Shown: piece by piece, positions 58,600-64,000 of the stretch
Numbering within the stretch: the first letter of the stretch is position 1
How the letters are laid out: each line of letters starts with the position of its first letter
Source: the human T2T-CHM13v2.0 reference genome, Homo sapiens
Direction: 5' to 3' (one strand)
NCBI RefSeq assembly: GCF_009914755.1
Contig: NC_060942.1
DNA length: 64,000 nucleotides
Position numbers and translations under genes: made by a program
The notes under the pieces: generated by a model
Database searches by the model: none
The model's input: only the letters and a program-made list of their open reading frames with translations
Told to the model about the DNA's origin: nothing

Positions 58600-58950
58600 T
58601 GCATGCTTCATTATCCCTATTCAATCTATTGCCTTCACCTAGAATCTTCTTCCTTTCTCTGTATGTCCTTAGAATTGCCACTCATTCTTTAAGAACTGGC
58701 TATTGGGCATCCTCTTTCCAATCTTTTCCTTTATACTACTTGAATGCTAATAGCTCCTGCCTATAAAATCTTTGATTCTTTGTGTGTCCCTCTCTCATTG
58801 CGTTTTTTCTTTGCATGTATTCTAGGGGTCATTGTGTGAACATCAGTCTTCCTCACTAGACTCTAAGATTATCGAAATCTAATTCCCTTAGGCCTTCAAA
58901 CAAGGCCTATAACCTAAGACGCAGATGTTAAAAGTACATTAGAATGGAAT
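58600..58950 (+). mobile_element. L2 remnant
   Basis: TTGCCTTCACCTAGAATCTTCTTCC...CTCATTCTTTAAGA...GTCTTCCTCACTAGACTCTAAG. Confidence 0.6.
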
Positions 58951-59345
58951 TAAACTTAATCAGATACAAATTTAGCTAATTTTTAAATAGGCCATTTTTT
59001 TTTCCATTATAAGCCCCTCTCTATTTTCTTCACAGGGAAACCATGGGCAGCAGTGTATGCTGTTAAGGCTAAACAGAAATATCCATGGAGAAGGAGACTT
59101 CAGAGAGAAAGTTCACATACAATTTACATGACAGAAGACATTTTTTTCTTCACTCAATTAAGAGGAACTATTCTTAGTTTTAGCCTAACTTAATTCAGTT
59201 CTGAATAATAGGGGCTTACCAAAAAGTTAAACTATTTGCTCATTAATTAGTGTAGAGACATTCAGTCTTCTTAGAATTTCTGTAATTTCTTTTTAAATTT
59301 CAGAAGTGCTTTATAAACATTTCAGTTTTGCTAATGTATGGATGT

Positions 59346-61732
59346 TTGTCAATGAAAAATTTCACCACAGTTAAACATGAAAGGAAGACTTTATACAAGG
59401 CTATCACAATAGAGGGGAGAAACCAGAATCCAGTCTGAGCTTTTAGGAGTTAAAGTAAGAAAATCATATGACAGTTTTTGGCTAATTGGCCTTATCCAAA
59501 TGAAAGTAAAGCATTCCTATATACAAATAATAGAGAAGCAGAGAGCCAAATCAAGAGTGAACTCCCATTCACAATTGCTACAAAGAGAATAAAATACCTA
59601 GGAATACAACTTAAAAGAGATGGGAAGGACCTCTTCAAGGAGAACTACAAATCACTGCTTAACAAAATAAGAGAGGACACAAACAAATGGAAAAAAATTC
59701 CATGCTCATGGATAGGAAGAATCAATACCATGAAAATGGCCATATTGCCCAAAGTAATTTATAGATTCAATGCTACCATTGACTTTCTTTGCAGAATTAG
59801 AAAAAAAAACTACTTTAAATTTCATATGGAACCAAAAAAGAGCCTATATAGCCAAGACAATCCTAAGCAAAAAGGACAAAGCTGAAGGCATCACGCTACC
59901 TGACTTTAAACTATGCTACAAGTCTACAGTAATCAAAACCGCATGGTACTGGTACCAAAACAGATATATAGACCAATGGAACAGAACAGGGGCCTCAGAA
60001 ATAATACCACACATCTACAACCATCTGATCTTTGGCAAACCTGACAAAAACAAGCAATGGAGAAGGATTCCCTATTTAATAAATGGTGCTGGGAAAACTG
60101 GCTAGCCATATGCAGAAAACAGAAATTGAACCCCTTCCTTACACCTTATAAAAAAATTAACTCAAGATGGATTAAAGACTTAAATGTAAAACCTAAAACC
60201 ATAAAAACCCTAGAAGAAAACCTAGGCAATGCCATTCAGGACATAGGCAGGGGCAAAGACTTCATGGCTAAAACGCCAAAATCAATTGCAGCAAAAGCCA
60301 GAATTGACAAATAGGATCTAATTAAATTAAAGAGCTTCCGCACAGCAAAAGAAACTATCATCAGAGTGAACAGGCAACCTACAGAACGGGAGAAAATTTT
60401 TGCAATCTATCCATCTGACAAAGGTCTAATATCCAGAATCTGCAAGGAACTTAAACAAATTTACAAGAAAAAACAACCCCATCAAAAAGTGGGTGAAGGA
60501 TATGAACAGACACTTCTCAAAAGAAGACATTTATGTGGCCAACAAACATATGAAAAAAAGCTCATCATCACTGGTCATTAGAGAAATGCAAATCAAAACC
60601 ACAATGAGATACCATCTCACACGATTTAGAATGGTGATCATTAAAAAGTCAGGAAACAACAGATGCTGGCGAGGCTGTGGAAAAATAGGAATGCTCTTAC
60701 ACTCTTTGTGGGAGTGTAAATTAGGTCAACCTTTGTGGAAGACAGTGTGGCAATTCCTCAAGGATCTAGAACCAGAATTACCATTTGACCCAGCAACCCC
60801 ATTACTGGGTCTATACCCAAAGAATTATAAATCATTCTACTATAAAGACACATGCACACATATGTTTATTGCAGCACCATTCACAATAGCAAAGACTTGG
60901 AACCAACTCAAATGCCCATCAATGATAGACTGGATAAAGAAAATGTGGCACATAAACACCATGGAATACTATGCAGCCATTAAAAAGAATGAGTTCATAT
61001 CCATTGCAGGGACATAGATGAAGCTGGAAACCATCACTGTTAGCAAACTAACACAGGAACAGAAATCCAAATACCACATGTTCTCACTCATATGTGGAAG
61101 TTGAACAAGGAGAACACATGGATACAGGAAGGGGGACATCACACACTGGGGCCTGTCAGGGGGTGGGGACAAGGGGAGGGAGAGCATTAGGACAAATACC
61201 TAATGCAAGTGGGGCTTAAAATCTAGATGATGGGTTGATAGGTGCAGCAAACCACCATGGCACATGTATACTTACGTAACAAACCTGCATGTTCTGCACA
61301 TGTGTCCCAGAACTGAAAGTAAAATAAGAAAAAAAAAAAAAAGAAGTAAACTTTCTTTGTATCTTCATGACAGAAGGAAGTTTTACACCTAGCCCTACGT
61401 GCCCACCAGAAATAGGACCCTATACTCCCAGGGACACTAGAAAATAGGAGTGCTATTTCCCTTAATGATTACATTTCAAAAGGATAGATCTCAGGTCTTT
61501 GTAAAAACTGTCAACAGACTTTTAAAAGGATCTACATCTGAAAGGGGAAAAGAAAGATTTTACAATTACAACTTTTTTAATGTAAATGATCTAAGGAAAG
61601 TGAGTAAAGCGACCCTGTGGTTAGGCCATCTGGATTCTGTAACGCTTGCATGAGAAGCAGTTCAGGGACTTAGAGGCAGGAATCAGCCTGTGTATAATCT
61701 ACCTGAGGGAAATGTTAAGGCTTTCTTGGTTT
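59346..61732 (-). mobile_element. MER67-family ERV1 solo LTR split by an L1PA8 (59346-59510 and 61344-61732)
   Basis: ATGATTACATTTCAAAAGGATAG...TTTTAAAAGGATCTACATCT...TTTACAATTACAAC...CTGAGGGAAATGTTAAGGC matches recalled antisense MER67. Confidence 0.7.
59511..61343 (+). mobile_element. L1PA8-like 3' fragment, 5'-truncated
   Basis: ORF2 3' third in several frames; 3'UTR GGGGCTTAAAATCTAGATGATGGGTTGATAGG; poly(A); short TSD AAGTAAA at 59504-59510 and 61344-61350. Confidence 0.95.
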
Positions 61733-62514
61733 TCTTCATCACTACCTTCTTTTGCTAATTATTTCATGTTTCTAACATTCAGCCTTTGGCCTTGGCTTTG
61801 CCGCAACACCATGTAAATTGTCCTCAAGCAGACAACTGGTCTCTTGATTTGCAAATACAGGGGCTTTGATGATATGTCATTTTGCACTCTGCCAAGCTGA
61901 ATGTGAACGACAATATATGGTTTTCTTCCAAAGCCTCAAGGCCAGAGCAAGGACATAATAACTTCAAGTGGCCCTGCTACAGTTGTACAATAGTACTTTA
62001 ATATGCATTTTTTTCCAACTGATCAAGGAACTGCATCTTTCCTCTAATAGGAATGAAAATAGAATCAATAATGCTTGCTGTAATCTAACTTAGATCTTTA
62101 CCATACTGTTTGTCAAAAACCATGCAGCACACATATTATTTTGGGAGCAGAGAGGTTGAATTTAATCAGTGCCTTTTGTTTTCTTGCTACTTGCTTTGAT
62201 TGCAGCAGTTTAGCTGTTTTGCTCTGTTTAGTCATTATCTGTTCCTCCCCCTCCTTCCTTCCTTCTCTTTGTTTCATTAGCATCTTTATTGTATAATTTC
62301 TTTATTGTTTGAGCTGTGGTTCTCAGTGTTTAAATGATTGTTTTGTTTCTAAATTCCCTTTTTTCATCAGAAACTTATTTTAAACAAAAGTAGTTTGAAC
62401 AAATCTGACATACGCCCTTGAATTATATTTATTTATATATCTGTGAGAGAATTCATGTCATAGTTTTGGATGACTTGGATACATATGTAAATTAGCATAA
62501 TGCCCTTTAGGTAG

Positions 62515-62990
62515 TGTGTACTACATTGATTGTACCAGTTAATGGCTTCACTGTCTCCATGAGCCTTGTAAGGGACTGCTGCTTCTCTTATCAAGAGGTA
62601 TAGTCTATTTTTCCACTTTTGAATTTGTGCTGGTCCTGTGACTTGCATTGGTCAACAGAATGAAGCAGAGGAGGCTTTTGCCAGTTTCAAGACTAGAAAC
62701 TTTAGTGGATGCCTGCACATTCCAGAGAATAAGCCTGGACTAACCAATGGGAAGATTAGAGAACATGCTGAAAAGATGTAAGTTCTCAGTTGAGGATATC
62801 CTACGTCAACCAGCTCTCAGGCAACCCACAAACTGACTACAAGTGCATGCTCACATCTAGTCAAGATCAACCACATCTTTTCATACTAGCAGAAGATCTT
62901 CATTGAGCCATAGACTGAAAGCAAAAATAAATTTATATGTTTCCACAATACCAGTAAGATATTGCCATTGTTATGTTACAAAGCACCATT
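62515..62990 (+). mobile_element. MLT1H-like MaLR solo LTR
   Basis: ATCAAGAGGTATAGTCTATTTTTCCAC...GTCCTGTGACTTGCATTGGTCAACAGAATG...ACTGACTACAAGTGCATG. Confidence 0.75.
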
Positions 62991-63000
62991 TGGGTATTAA

Positions 63001-63221
63001 GTATATACTTTTCTCCATGTATATACTTTTCCCCATCATATACTTTTCCCCATGTATATACTTTTCCCCATCATATACTTTTCCCCATCATGTACACTTT
63101 TCTCTATCATATACTTTTCCCCATCATATATACTTTTCTCCGTCATATACTTTTCCCCACCATATATAAAAGTATATAGTTTTAAAGTATATAATTTTCC
63201 CCATCATATACTTTTCCCCAA
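63001..63221. repeat. Minisatellite, ~11 copies of 17-19-bp (CA/GTA)TATACTTTTCCCCAT
   Basis: Nine units at 63001-63160, a 26-bp interruption, then two more units to 63221. Confidence 0.95.
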
Positions 63222-63229
63222 CAAATCAT

Positions 63230-63400
63230 ATTTTAAACATTTGTTGAGTGCCATAATATATACCAAGATACTGAGGGAAGTACTAGTGGCATAGAAACAA
63301 ATGTCAACAACTCTCTCAACATGACATGCTCATGTGGAAGACAGACAGAAAAATCAGTCTGTATTACAATATAGTGTGATATATCAGATTTTTTAAAGCA
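63230..63400 (-). mobile_element. L2 3' remnant
   Basis: AACATTTGTTGAGTGCC...ATACCAAGATACTG...GGAAGACAGACAG...ATTACAATATAGTGTGAT. Confidence 0.6.
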
Positions 63401-64000
63401 ATGAAAGTCAACTGACAAAGTTTTCCTAAAGACATGGTCCCAGAATATCATGGCTTCCAATAGAACCAAGATATTGCAATTGTTCATGTTTTACATTCTG
63501 CCACAGTGTCTGCATACTGAATTTGTGACATAGGGATATAAAAGCAAAGAAAATGAAGTGGGATGGAAAGAAAATGATTACTTTATACTTAACTAAACTA
63601 AATGGGGATAAAATTGATAACCTTTATGGTTTGAATTCATAAGTCCATTTTACCCTCAATTTAGTTTTATGTCTTCAAAAGCTCCTGTCCAATTTTACAG
63701 ATTTCATAAAAGAAATAATTTTCTTTTGAAATTTCAGAATTGCTTTTTGGTTCAATTAAACCTTGATGCCAGGGCAACTGAAGCTGTTACCAGTTGACTG
63801 TCCTGCATATCTTGGCCAAGTGAATACATTCTGCATTTTTCCTTTATCTGCCTTGGAAGAATTATTCATTGATTGAACTCACATTTCTAGGAACACAGAT
63901 GGAAAATGGTTTTAAAAATGTACCCTTTAAAAGAGTGTTCTATTTTCTTTTCTCATTAAATGTCTTTGTATAGTCAACTATTTCTTCCAACAAACCACAG

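Noticed and set aside
63001-63221. CRISPR-like array
   Set aside because: Units are contiguous with no unique spacers, there are no cas genes, and the context is a primate genome
62903-63294. ORFs with repeated YTFPHH/YFSPS peptides
   Set aside because: They are translations of the stop-free minisatellite

Overview
This is AT-rich primate DNA (AluY-type and L1PA3-type insertions point to a catarrhine, human-like genome) from an intergenic or deep-intronic region. It is dominated by fossil transposable elements. I find no supportable host protein-coding exon, RNA gene or CRISPR array, and the recognisable ORFs in the track are L1, Tigger1, Alu or LTR debris. Contents: seven Alus plus one Alu monomer; a full-length old L1 (L1PA15/16-like, 31204-38274) carrying nested Alu, MSTA and THE1C insertions; four younger truncated L1PA copies; a THE1D provirus with both LTRs; several solo LTRs; Tigger1, MER82, MER96B and a solo Hsmar1/MADE1 TIR; MIR/L2/L3 remnants; and an HMGN1 processed pseudogene (minus strand, ~51424-51962). 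I cannot support a new biological system. The most unusual structures are (i) a ~208-bp inversion in the THE1D provirus that leaves a 1.8-kb segment bounded by perfect 21-bp inverted LTR ends, (ii) an HMGN1 retrocopy that lost its ATG but kept an open frame, gained a strong-context ATG and abuts an Alu monomer, (iii) a Tigger1 deletion with a templated-insertion scar, (iv) a 389-aa L1 endonuclease ORF that keeps its catalytic residues, and (v) a palindrome-seeded minisatellite. Repeat subfamily names come from my recollection of consensus sequences and need RepeatMasker/Dfam confirmation; boundaries of old elements are approximate.
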